NCBI RefSeq assembly: GCF_036321535.1
Contig: NC_087447.1
Span: 48,610,001 to 48,674,000, forward strand
Source: Camelus dromedarius
Taxonomy: Eukaryota
Length of the DNA: 64,000 nt
Direction of reading: 5' to 3'
The notes under the pieces were generated by a model that saw nothing but the letters and a program-made list of their open reading frames with translations, was not told where the DNA came from and searched no databases. This document shows, in pieces, positions 12,983 to 24,304 of the stretch (positions within the stretch are counted from its first letter, which is position 1; each line of letters begins with the position of its first letter). The position numbers and the translations under genes were made by a program.

Positions 12983-14675
12983 GCATCATTATTATTCCCC
13001 TTTAAAGATAAGAAAATTAAGATCCAGGGAGGTTAAGTTGACCAAGTTTTCAAAGAATTTGAACCCAGCTCTGCCTGACTTGGTTTAACTACTACACTCT
13101 ACTGTCTCTCTTTATTAGCACTTAATTGAAATAATTTTTTACTAAAATACATCACGAAAAAGGTATTAAATAATATATAGTACTATATATACTATGATAT
13201 TATATATTATACTTTTCATGGTATGTATAGATATATAATTTTATATGATAATGAAAGGTCCATGGAGGGACATTTATCCTTCATTTACTAAGGGTAAAAA
13301 GGAGACCAGAAATTGTCTATAAGACAATGCCTTATGTGTTCTATTACTGTGGCATAAAGAAGTGTGCCGTAAGAGCACAAAGAAGGAGAGTCTAAGGAGT
13401 CTGAGGAGAATTAAGGAAGACTTCACAAAACAGGTGAAATCTGAGCTATGCCTAGTAAGATGAATAAAATTTATCAGACAAAGCACCATTGTGGAAAGGG
13501 AGAGCTACAAATGAGGAGAGGAGAAATCTAAGCCATCCTAGGGGAGAAAAGCCAAAAATATTACTCAGGTATTGTATTTAAAACTCTGTCTTTCAGGGTA
13601 AGCTGCTTTAGTTTATTTTCTCTGAGTCTCCACAACACTTCTCCATTTTCTCCCTCTATTAATATTTAATTACTTCTTCCCCTTTTTCACAGTGATCCTA
13701 TTTCAGCTTTAATATGTAGCTATTAAGCAGGAGAATTAGGAAGAGCACCCTGGAAGCAACAAGGAGCCACTTACCAGGAACTTCCATGAGAGGAGCAGGA
13801 CCATTTGCTACACTGAGAATAAATATGTTTTGGGAGCAACTGGTGGGTTTCGACCACCCACATCCGCCTCCCTTTTCTCAGGAAAAGGGCAGAAAGAAAG
13901 AGGAATGTATGGAGCAGAAATGGTTTATTAGTTTTGGAAACTCTAGGAAACTGGCTCTGTAGTGATTTTTCCAGCCTATTCTTGAAGATTGTGCAACTCT
14001 GGTGGGAAACGGGGTTAGCTACACAAAGGACTGCAGCTCCTACATGGAGGGAAATGAGCCTCCGCAAGAGGCACAACAGGTCATGGATCAACAGTGCCAA
14101 AGAAAAACAACACCTGGGGGAGGCATTGAGCTGATGCTCTGGGCCAATGAGGCCGGCTCTGTATCCAGACACTAGTCAGGTCACAGTTGGACCTGACGGC
14201 AGATGGGAGAGGATAACAATCAAACTTCTTTCTTGACATTGGCAATATCATGGCATGATATCTGTGAAGAGTTATGAACTGTTGAGAGTGCAGAAGAGTG
14301 ATCTATATTGACCATGAACCCATTAAATATTTGTTGATGCAGCTCCTGCTGCTACAGGTGAGAGACTGCCTCCTACACAGGAGATGATGGTTTTAAAGTG
14401 GTTAATGCACTGAAAGAGCACCAAGAGTCAGACAGGCCTGGGCCCTAATCCCAGCTCTGTGAGCTTTGTGACAAGTTAGGAATTCTTCAGAGATTCGGTA
14501 TACTCATATGAAAAATATGGAATTAATAAAACAGCTGCCCTGATTGATTCGTATTTGGTCTTGTTGGAAAGATGAAATAAATTAAGGGACACAAAAATGC
14601 TTAGAAAATTATAAAGCAAATATAAAGCATTACGCTTATAGTGATGGAAGCGGTGAGCCTCACTTATTCCCCTAC

Positions 14676-14825
14676 CTGGAAATAGGCAAAGGCCAGGTGA
14701 TCCAAGGCATCCTCTAGACTTGCCTCATCCTCTGTCTTCCATTCTCCATAAGATCCTCGGAAGAGACTGACAGCCTCCTCCAGCCATGGAATGGCATGGT
14801 AGTAATCCCCCATGTCATAGGCCAC
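14676..14825 (-). CDS. P4HA3: P4HA3 exon 4 (peptide-substrate-binding region)
   Basis: Absent from the ORF track; read by hand. Acceptor cccacag, donor gtaggg; VAYDMGDYYHAIPWLEEAVSLFRGSYGEWKTEDEASLEDALDHLAFAYFQ. Confidence 0.95.
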
Positions 14826-15514
14826 CTGTGGGGAACATAAGTACCATCACTGAAGCCTTAGTCCACGGGTACGGGGAAATGACAATGCAAAGAGTGGAGG
14901 GTCTTTGGGACCCAAGAAGGCAAGTTTTCTCTCAAATCCATTTAAATTCAATTTATTAAGCATCTATTTTGTACAAGACATTGAACTAGGTGTGAAGAAT
15001 ACAAACGGATTCTTGCATTTAAAGAACTCAATTTGTAGGGATGAGAGGTAAGCACTCAAGTAAATACAATCCTGGGCAAAATGGCATGAATACTTGAAGG
15101 AAATATGTAAAATGTGCTGTGGAGGCATAAAGAAGGGAGGAGACTTGAGAATCTCAGAAAGCTTCAAGAAGAAGTGGCATCTGAGATGAGCCTTCCTTGA
15201 AGAAGGAAAAGAATTTCAATGAGCAGAGACTGAGATGAAGGGCATTTTAAGATGAGGGAATGGTAGATATAGAAGCCGAAAGTAGTATGTTGTGGCTATA
15301 GTCTAAGGTGAAGAGAAGCAGGAAATAAACATAAAAAGGCAATGTAGGCTGAGGTAATTAGAATTGTGAATGTCATGTTTTTAGGAAGATACTGTTGGTA
15401 GCAATGTGAGGACTGAATTAAATGCATTCATTTATTTATTCAATATTTACTGAATATTTACAATGTACCCAGTGGTCCCTGACCTTAAAGAGTTTATAAT
15501 CAATCAAGGGTTGA

Positions 15515-15618
15515 GGGGAGGGTATAGCTCAGTGGCAGAGTGCATGCCTAGCATGCAGAAGGTCCTGGGTTCAATCCCCAGTACCTCCATTTAAATAAAC
15601 AAATAAATAAATAAGCCT
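15515..15618 (+). mobile_element. Vic-1-like tRNA-derived SINE
   Basis: GGGGAGGGTATAGCTCAGTGG (A box), GGTTCAATCCC (B box), (AAAT)n tail; flanking direct repeat AATCAAGGG at 15502-15510 and 15619-15627. Confidence 0.85.
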
Positions 15619-16642
15619 AATCAAGGGGCATGTGGGTAAACCAGTAATTGTGACATAATGCATTAGGCACCATAATGAAGGTAGACCTGGGAATGCTATG
15701 AGAGTCCAGTGGATTTGCTCTACTTTAAATGCCAGAGTGATGGAGAATATGGCAACATGCACCAGACATAGCTCCTGCCTCCTAATAGCTTACAGTTAAC
15801 TAAATACCAGAACTGCAGGTGGTATTTCCTGGAAGTTGATGTTGAAGACAGCATGGAATTATAAAGTCACAGACTTGGAAGGCCTCTTGCAAAATGATCT
15901 AATTCAGGTATAATTTTCAGCAGACAGAAAAACAGGGCAGAACCTAGAGATACCACAACTCTGCAGCCTAAACAATGAGTCCACTCCTATCCTAGGTCTG
16001 CCATTAGTCTGCTGTGTCATCTTTCTGGTCCTTAAGTTTCCTATTTGTAAAAACATTGAGTTGAAGAATAATAATAAAAAAGGTAGAATGAGATAACTGG
16101 AATCCTTCCAACCACAAAGACTTAGAAATTTTGAATAAACTGTAAAAAGCACTTTATGATATATTTTCAAGAAAGACTGGGAAATACCCAGGTACCAGAA
16201 ACAAAAAGGAACTGAAAATCCAAATAATAAGCTTATGAGCAGATGTTGAAGCTGCCTAGGATCAGGGTGAGTATTAGTCCTAATAACCATGGTACTTAGT
16301 AACCTTAGGTCATAATGCCCACACGAGGACCGTATATGAGCCTTCTGTAGACCTCCCCAGACCTAGGAACTGTAATTAAGACACACTCATAAAACTGAAA
16401 TCCATGGAAAACTACATCTTAAGGGAAAGAGTGGACCAGAAAAATCTACCCGCTGTCACAAGCAGACAAGAAAGTTGGTTTGTTTCTGTCTAGCTTCTGT
16501 TTAGGGAAATAAAATGTCTCCTTAGAACATTCACAACCTTGAGCCCATGCCTCACGTGAGTTTCAGGGTTGAATTTGCATTATTCATATAGTTAAGGAAA
16601 CCCCAGGCAAATAAATCAACATAAAATTGGATCTAAGGCTAG

Positions 16643-17358
16643 CGCAAATCAAAACCACAATGAGATATCACTTCACACCTGTTAGAATGGCTGTTATCAA
16701 AAAGACAAGAAGTAACAAGGGTTGGTGAGGATGTGGAGAAAGGGAACCCTGTGCATTGCTGCTGGGAATATAGGTTGGTGTAACCACTATGGAAAACAGT
16801 ATGAGGGTCCTCAAAATTTTAAAAGAGAACTACCATTTGATTCAGCAATTCCACTTCTGTGTTTATCTAAAGAAAATGAAAATACTTAACTCAAAAAGAT
16901 ATATGCAGCCTCATATTCACTGGAGTATTATTTACAATAGCCAAGGTATCAACCCAATTGTCCATCAATGGATGCATGAGTAAAGAAAATGTGATATACA
17001 TACACGTATACATATATTTATATATAGTAGATATAGATAGATATATAAGCCATTAAAAAGAATAAAATCTCACCATTTGTGACATGGATGGACCTTGGGG
17101 CATTATTCTAAGTGAAATAAGTCAGACAGAGAAAGACAAATACCATATGATCTCACTTACATGTTGAATCTAAAAAAACAGAAATAAAACCAAAAACAAA
17201 TTAAAAAATCCAAGCCCATAAATACAGGGAACAGACTAGTTGCTAGAGGCCGAGGATGAGGGTAGGTAAAATGGGTAAAGGGGGTCAAAAGGTACAAATT
17301 TTCAGTTATAAAATAAATAAGTCGTGAGAATGTAATGTATGGGGGTGGGGTGGGGAAG
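16643..17358 (+). mobile_element. L1MA-like fragment (end of ORF2 plus partial 3' UTR)
   Basis: CAAATCAAAACCACAATGAGATATCAC...CTAAGTGAAATAAGTCAGACAGAGAAAGACAAATAC; flanked by a 14-bp direct repeat. Confidence 0.85.
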
Positions 17359-17689
17359 GGATCTAAGGCTAGTGATAGCACCAGAGTACCCTGGAAGAAG
17401 AAAACCCAAAACTCTATAAAAGGATATTCTCACAACTCTGGGCAGAGAGAGTTTCTTTGGGGGTAAAAAGTCCTGCTAAAAATATGCTCACAATCAAACA
17501 TGATCAACTGTATAAGGAAATAATTGATCATGAACAAGAGTCAACAGACACAACAGTAGGGTAGTAGAACTAGACAATTAAGAATTCCAAAAAATAGGAA
17601 AACTGATTTGCTTTAAAATAATCCATGGAAGAAGGAATTGGGGATGTGCCAATGAAACAGATTTGTCTACATGCTAATAATTATCAAAG

Positions 17690-17990
17690 TTTATTCTTTG
17701 ACTCAGCAATACCATTCCCAGGTATTTAACCAAGAGAAATGAAAACAGATGTCCACAGAAAGACTTACATCAGAATGTTAATAGCAGCTTTATTCCAGTC
17801 GATGCTGGAGATAAATCTAAGTATCCATCAACATGAGATTAGATAAACAATTTGTGGCCTATTTAAACAATGGAATACTATTCAGCAATAGAAAGGAATG
17901 AGCTACTGATAATGCAGCAATGTGGATGAATTTCAGATACACTGTGCTGACTGACTTAGAAGAGTACACACTGTATGGTTTAAAATAGTG
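17690..17990 (+). mobile_element. Old L1 (L1MB/ME-type) 3' fragment
   Basis: GACTCAGCAATACCATTCCCAGGTATTTAACCAAGAGAAATGAAAACA...CAATGGAATACTATTCAGCAATA. Confidence 0.75.
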
Positions 17991-18948
17991 GTCATCTGGT
18001 CCTTGGGCAAAGGTAGAGTAGAAAGGGCGGGGAAAAGAAGAAAGTAGAAAGAGAAGAAAAAGGAGTGGGGCTTTATTTACCTATATGTAAATTCTTCTTT
18101 AAAAATCTGAAACAAATAGAGCAAAATTTGAACATATACTTCATCTCAATTATAGATATAATTGCTTGCTATTTTTGTATACTTTCTTATATTTGAAATG
18201 TTTTATCTTTCAAAATAAGTGAATAAATACAGAAATAATGATTGCCAGTGAGACTTTCAGGAAGCAACTTACTAAATTTTCAACATATGGTTTTAGTCTC
18301 AGAAAAGCCTCACTAATGAAGCGTATGTTGGTACCATACATGGAACTATTTTAACTGGCTTCAATTTAAATTAGCCATGAACATGATGGTTGAGCTCTGA
18401 TTCTACTCGGAATCTCAGAAAAGGAAAAATGGTACACAGAGAGGCCTAGGGCAACCCACTCCACATTAATTTGGAAGACTGATTCCCAAAACTTGGATTC
18501 AGGACATACGAAACCCACTCTCAGATTGGCTAATGAATACTGCAGGGGCTGGGGAGCTGGGAAAAATTCACTTTCCTGCAATACGCATCATTAAAGTCAA
18601 AAAAGACTTCCTTCATTATTTCTTGGGCAAAGGCTAACAAAGAGTATATTGTAAAATAACCTCCAGTGTGCTTATAACTTGTGATCAAAGATCAGTTAAA
18701 TATCTCATATGGAAGGTTCCTGAAGTCGATTTCCTCAAGTAATGTTAAAGCAAATGGCCTGGTTTTTGACACTACTTTAATTTAGTATTTCTAAATGCTT
18801 AGGAAATGTTGCAAGGGATTCCTGAAAGTCTCAAGAGGCAGAGTTTCCGTGATCTTAGCCTCATACCCCGTCTCCTCTCCTCTCCTCACCCTTGGACCCT
18901 GATTCTCCTTCCCACGTGGCAGGTCATCTACTGGCAGGGCACTATAGT

Positions 18949-19160
18949 TAGGGTGACCGAGGGCCATTTTGCCCAGGAAAGTCCTAGTTTGTGTCTGTCA
19001 TCCTGGCTAATAACACCTCCTTCACTTTCAAGAGTGTTGAGAGTGTCCTCAAGTGTGGGAGGGTAAGCTCAGTGGTAGAGTGCGGCATGTATGAGGTCGT
19101 GGGTTCAGAACCCAGTACTTCCATTAAACAAAAGAATGTCCCAAGTATGTGATCACCTTA
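18949..19160. mobile_element. MER94-like (hAT-Blackjack) non-autonomous DNA transposon
   Basis: Terminal inverted repeats TAGGGTGACC and GATCACCTTA; internal sequence resembles the recalled MER94 consensus. Confidence 0.65.
19057..19132 (+). mobile_element. Diverged Vic-1-like SINE inserted in a MER94-like element
   Basis: GGGAGGGTAAGCTCAGTGGTAGAG...GGGTTCAGAACCCAGTAC; imperfect target duplication AGAGTGTCCTCAAGT / AGAATGTCCCAAGT. Confidence 0.8.
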
Positions 19161-19269
19161 GCTATCAGGAAAAGAGAGTGAGATTCAGAGTTAAAAGCAA
19201 TCAGGATACGGTGATGTCATCCCCTAGAAAGGAGAGCCGAGCTATTCACCCTTCTGTGAATATCGTTAC

Positions 19270-19493
19270 CTTGCCAACGTGGAAGCAGTCATCCCCTGTG
19301 AGGGAGAAGAGCCGTCTGGGACTGTACAGGTCAGTGACGGCGGAGCCAGTGACCCTCTGAAAGACGCCTCGGGCGAGGCCCTTCACATTGAGCATGTACA
19401 CATCCTGCAGCCGCATCAGGGCCCTTGCTGCTCCTTCAAGGTCCTCAAAGGCCGGCAGATCCTGCTCCACCTTCTCATAACCATCCTTCAGAG
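19270..19493 (-). CDS. P4HA3: P4HA3 exon 3
   Basis: Acceptor ttcacag, donor gtaacg; LKDGYEKVEQDLPAFEDLEGAARALMRLQDVYMLNVKGLARG...DDCFHVGK. Confidence 0.96.
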
Positions 19494-20130
19494 CTGTGAA
19501 GGTCATGAAAACATCAATCCACCATTCAAAAACCGATGGTGAACACTTAGTATAGCAAGGCATAATCACCTCAATCCCAAGGCTCATAATATTTCATGAG
19601 CAAAGATAATGTTTTATCTGTTTTTGTTCCCAGGGGAACAAAATCTTCTGAATGAGGAACAGATAAGAGTAAAAGTTAAGCACCTTTATCATGTTGTCCC
19701 ATCCTATCTCCAGGAGTCTTGCCTTTTGGAGGGGACAACTCTTCTTCCTCCTAACTTCCCCAAAGTCAACAACTTCTTCAAGCATGAAGCAGAGTAAACT
19801 GGGAAAGTGATCTTACTACAGATCATACCTGTAGTGGCCACTTAATAAAATAGAAATTGTTAGAAGAGATCACTTTTATAAGTATATGGGATGATATAAC
19901 CTACAGTTCGTCACAGGATTGAAGATCAAATGAGATAACGGCTATGAAAGTGCTTTCTAATGTATAATCATATAGACATATTAACAAAGGGACCTAGCTC
20001 TTTGTAACAGAGCTCAAGAGATCAAGTAATACCTACCCCCTCCAACATCCTTCATCACATCCCATCAGAATCTCCTTTCCACTGAGTCATGAGATAAAAT
20101 CTTTTACCCTCCAGCCCTCCTCCTCATTAC

Positions 20131-20273
20131 CTCGGATGTTCTCACTGGCCTCCAGACTATGTACCACATTCTTCCAGTCGGACTGCAGGCGTTTGATGAG
20201 AGTAAATGCAAGCAGAGGGTTATACACGGGGGTTGCTGAATCTTCATGCAAAGACAGCACCTTGTCATAGAAT
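20131..20273 (-). CDS. P4HA3: P4HA3 exon 2
   Basis: Acceptor ctttcag, donor gtaatg; FYDKVLSLHEDSATPVYNPLLAFTLIKRLQSDWKNVVHSLEASENIR. Confidence 0.96.
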
Positions 20274-21159
20274 CTGAAAGAGAGGAGTGGAACGATCTCA
20301 CCTGTTGGTACACCCCGGGCCCCTAGGAAAGGCTGAAATGGTGTGTGCACTCTGAGAGCAGTTAAAAATGACACACTGAGCCCCTTGAGACTCGTGTAAT
20401 ATTCTAAGCAATAAGCACAAAGAGTATGAAAAGTGCCAACACAACAAAAAGTAGGTCCACTTATTTGTTCATTCAATGGGTCAGTCTCCACCGGTCAGTT
20501 ACTGCGCATCAGGCATCATGCTAGGTGCTACAGACCCAAAGGCAAGAGAGAGTGAAGCTCTCAAGGAGGGCACAAACAAGAAAATCCTTTCTTCTCTCAT
20601 CACTCTGTTATCAAAACTAAGGATCTGGTAAAAGCTTAAAAAATATTGTTGAATTAATTATGATAACTGTGGCACATGCTATGACAGAGGAGAGCATATA
20701 ATGTTATGTGATGCTGTGGCAATTTGCAGGCAGGGCACTGACTCAGGTGGGAATTAGAAGATGTAAGGGAAGACTTCCCAGAGGATATGGCACCTGATCT
20801 GAGTCCTGAGGATTAGTTAAAATACTGATAGCTACTACTTATTGAGTCCTTACTATGTACTGAGCATCCTGCTAAGTGCTTTAAACATATTGTCTCATTT
20901 AATCCCCCTAGCAATGCTTAGAGTAAATTTTATCATGCACATTCTTCAGAAGAAGAAACTGAAACAAGGCCGTGCTGTTGGTAAACAACAAAGCCAGGAA
21001 TGAACCCAAGTCTGCCTGACTCTGAAGCCGGGGTTCTTGGCTGATTTTGCCATACTGTTTCCCAGGGAGCTAGAACAAAGAAGGGAAGAGACTGGTTTGT
21101 TTGTGTGTTTTGTTTTGTTTTGTTTTGTTTGAGCCAAGAGGGACCAATGTGTACAAAGG

Positions 21160-21930
21160 CATGTATTTGTTCATTCAGTAAGTCAGTCTATACTGGTTAC
21201 TTGCTAGATGTCAGACTCCATGCTGGAAGCTGGGGATACAAAGGCAAAACAAGGTCCAGTGATCAAGGTAAGACAGTAACCTTAATCTCAAAGACTTGCA
21301 GCCTCTGAGATGATAAATAATTACAATACAGATGCAACATCAGATTTAAGAACAAGGCTTAGTGGGCAGTACACAGAAGGGATGATTAATTTGGCTAAAG
21401 CAGGTCAGAGAAGGTTTCACAGAAGAGATAATAAACTGAGATTTGATGGGTAAGTGCAAATAATGAGGAAGGGAGAAGGAGGCCTCCTTCCAGGCAGGCA
21501 GAGACAGTTCAACATATGCAAAGGTACAGAGAGAAACAGTAGGGAACTCACAAGCAGTTTTAGTATTGCTGGAGCCCAGGGCGTGTTGGGAGGATGGGTA
21601 GATCAGGCCGGAGAAATGAGGAGCACCTCATAGGTCTTTCTGAGAAATTTGGTTTTTACCCTGAGTGCAATTAGGAGCCACCAAAAAGGTTTTAAGTGAG
21701 AGTGGGATACACTACATGTTACATATATAAATTTGTGAGAGGGTGGGAGGAGGATTTAGAAATGGAAGTGACCGGAAGCAGAAAGACCCCTTAGGCCATT
21801 TCAAAACTGTAAGCAAGAGACAAGTAGAGTCTGAACCATAACAGTGACAGTGGGGCAGAGAATGGGATGGTTTCAAGAGAGATATTTAGGAGTGCATCAT
21901 ATAGAAACTGGTGATAGTTTTAATGTAATG
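21160..21930 (-). mobile_element. L2 LINE fragment (representative; similar L2 relics near 2.0-2.7, 5.0-5.5, 6.2-6.85, 14.9-15.7, 27.6-28.0, 52.6-53.3, 53.8-54.2 kb)
   Basis: ATTTGTTCATTCAG...GGTCAGAGAAGGTTTCACAGAAGAG...GGAGCCACCAAAAAGGTTTTAAG purine-rich L2 pattern. Confidence 0.65.
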
Positions 21931-24220
21931 AAGAGGTGGGTTATCCAGCATGCTTCCCACCTTTCTGGCATGTCAACATTTGCAGAGAAGGGCCAGAAAT
22001 TTTGGGGTCAGAAGTGATCATCTTTCTAGTTAATTTCTCTCCTCCTCGAATGTCCTACGAGTGTTCATATAACCAAAAGACGCTATTTCCTTTCCTGGTA
22101 TTTGATGGCTATTCCATTTCTAACCCCTGAATGGGATTTATATTATTGAAATTTATTGGTTATAATACGGCAAACTTAAGAGTTCTAGTCCTGCCCTCTA
22201 AGAATTTTTTCCTTTGTTATAAAATTATTAATTTTGAAAACAATATAGTAACAATGGAAGTAAAAGAAAAAAGTGTGTGCAAAGTGTAAAGGATATGGAT
22301 TTATACGAATGTGAACATGAGCACATGAAACTTGAGAAGTCCATTGGCCCAAATGGAGGTTGTCAGAGAGTGGAAAGGGATAGAACTGAAGAAGAGAGGG
22401 AGTGGTAAGGTGGGGGGATTTCAATCCCTTGAAACAGTCTAAGGATTTCTCAAGGGTGGGGCTCAACTATAAACAATTGCCTGAAAGAGAAGACTGGTAG
22501 AGGTGCTTCCAGTGAGCCAAGCATTCAATTCAAGCATAAACTAAGGAAAAAGAATCTGTGCTTGGGTGCCCCAGGGAGGAAACAGGAAGCCTGTCAAGTC
22601 CCAGGGTGTCTCTGATCCACAAGACAGGGGTATATGAGAGCAGCTACTCTAGGGTTTTGAAAATAAACCAGCTTCCAGGGTGTGGGATTTTTTTTTTTTA
22701 CTACCCATTATTTCCTGCTTCAGCTCCACATGGAACTACTTAGTGAAAGATATTCCACTGCTAGACAAAAACACTTACAAGCAGAGGCTTAGGCTTGAGT
22801 CCAGTCTGAAGGGCAAGTGTCCAGAGACAACTGAGGCTGAGTGGGCAGGGATTTTATAAGACAGTTAGATGGGGAGGAGCTGGGAGGAGACCTGAGAGGT
22901 ATCCTGATCTAGCCTCCAACCATTCCTCAGCTTCTTCCTCTATAAAGCGGCAGAACTGGTCTGGTCTAAGAAGGTCTCTATGGATCCTTTCAGCACAGCC
23001 ATTCTATTATTTCTTTCTATCACCTTTTCCACAAGTGAATAAATAGATTCCTCACTGGCGCTCTACAACTGATGTTTCACGGGCATCAGAGGAGACTGAA
23101 GCACAAAGGGAAAGACGCAAGGCAGAGAGGTGAAGAGCTGTCCTAAGTCACCCATCAGATCAAAGGCACTGTCTCTTTGTTCACTTCACATCCCACTTTG
23201 TATTATGGGGTCAATTTATTTTGGGCGGGGGTTCGATCTCTATTGCAGCACATAAATCAATTCAGTGTTCAAGCACATCATTTTTCTGTCACACAAAGAG
23301 AAAAAAAAAAACTATCAAATGATATCTCAGGCTGGTTTGGAATCTAAATATTGGCCCTAGGCCCAGCCTCTGAGCAAATAGCTGGTTTTCAGAGACCAAG
23401 TTACTGGATGCTGAATTCAAACCCCAGGGTTTCCTAAATGGCTTTTTGCTTTAACAAATGCTGCTGAGAGTGGAAAATCAGATCCTTTCCTTCAAGAATC
23501 TGCACATAAAATCTGAAACCCAATCCCTGCATTAAACATAGCCTTGGACAGGTTACCCAACCACAATACACGGGCTATTTTAATTAAATATGTTTCTCCT
23601 TTGGAATTCAGAAATGGCTTTGTCTCGGTTCTTCTGAGACATTCTGAATGCTTAATTGCTAGCACAGAAATAATTGCTGCTGACACTACTTTTTAAATCT
23701 TGGTAGTTTTTTTTTTTTAAACTGCAACAACAAAAAAAGCTAGGGGTTAACTAAATGTATTTATAAAACTAGTATATGTAATACTATACTAGCATACAAC
23801 TTTATATATTATAACTAGTATAATTTTTATCATTAACTTGGGGTAGGGAGTAGTGGTTTCAACATCAAAAATATTTAATTTCTAAATTTAGAAATTCAAA
23901 GAAGAATATCAACTTAGGCCCTCAGAAATAACATCTCAAGTTACATTAGATCACCAGATTGGGAGTATAGGAAAATGAGCAGGAACTGCCAAAATTCTTG
24001 TTTTAAAAAGCAAACATTTCACTAGGTTTTTAGAGCACTGACTAGAGAACAGATAGTCTTGACAGTATCAAACTAAACTTTCTGAAATTAGATGTTCATA
24101 AGTCAGCTGAGAAGAGAATCTAGAATTTTTCTGAGTCTTTTTTATTATCTGGGCTCTCACAATCGTAGTTACTGTTTAAGTTAAAAGTGAGGTCTAGTTT
24201 CACAAGCCAGTATTAAACAA

Positions 24221-24304
24221 CAATCATAAAGAGCTAACATTTGTTGAGCAATTATTATATTCCAATCATAAAGAGCTAACATTTGTTGAGCAATTATTAT
24301 ATTC
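24221..24304. repeat. Perfect 42-bp tandem duplication
   Basis: CAATCATAAAGAGCTAACATTTGTTGAGCAATTATTATATTC at 24221-24262 and 24263-24304. Confidence 0.97.

Noticed and set aside
13771..14172. 133-aa ORF and a small GTGGG...CCCAC hairpin near 13843-13861
   Set aside because: No recognisable family, no splice phase support, hairpin too short to be meaningful.
15515..15590. tRNA gene calls for the A/B-box elements here and at 19057 and 47367
   Set aside because: A-rich tails, target duplications and three diverged copies mark them as SINEs.
23229..23240. Isolated B-box-like GGTTCGATCTC
   Set aside because: No upstream A box or tRNA-like fold.
24221..24304. CRISPR-like array or coding repeat (NIIIAQQMLALYD twice)
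   Set aside because: Two adjacent copies with no spacer, in a mammalian intronic MIR.
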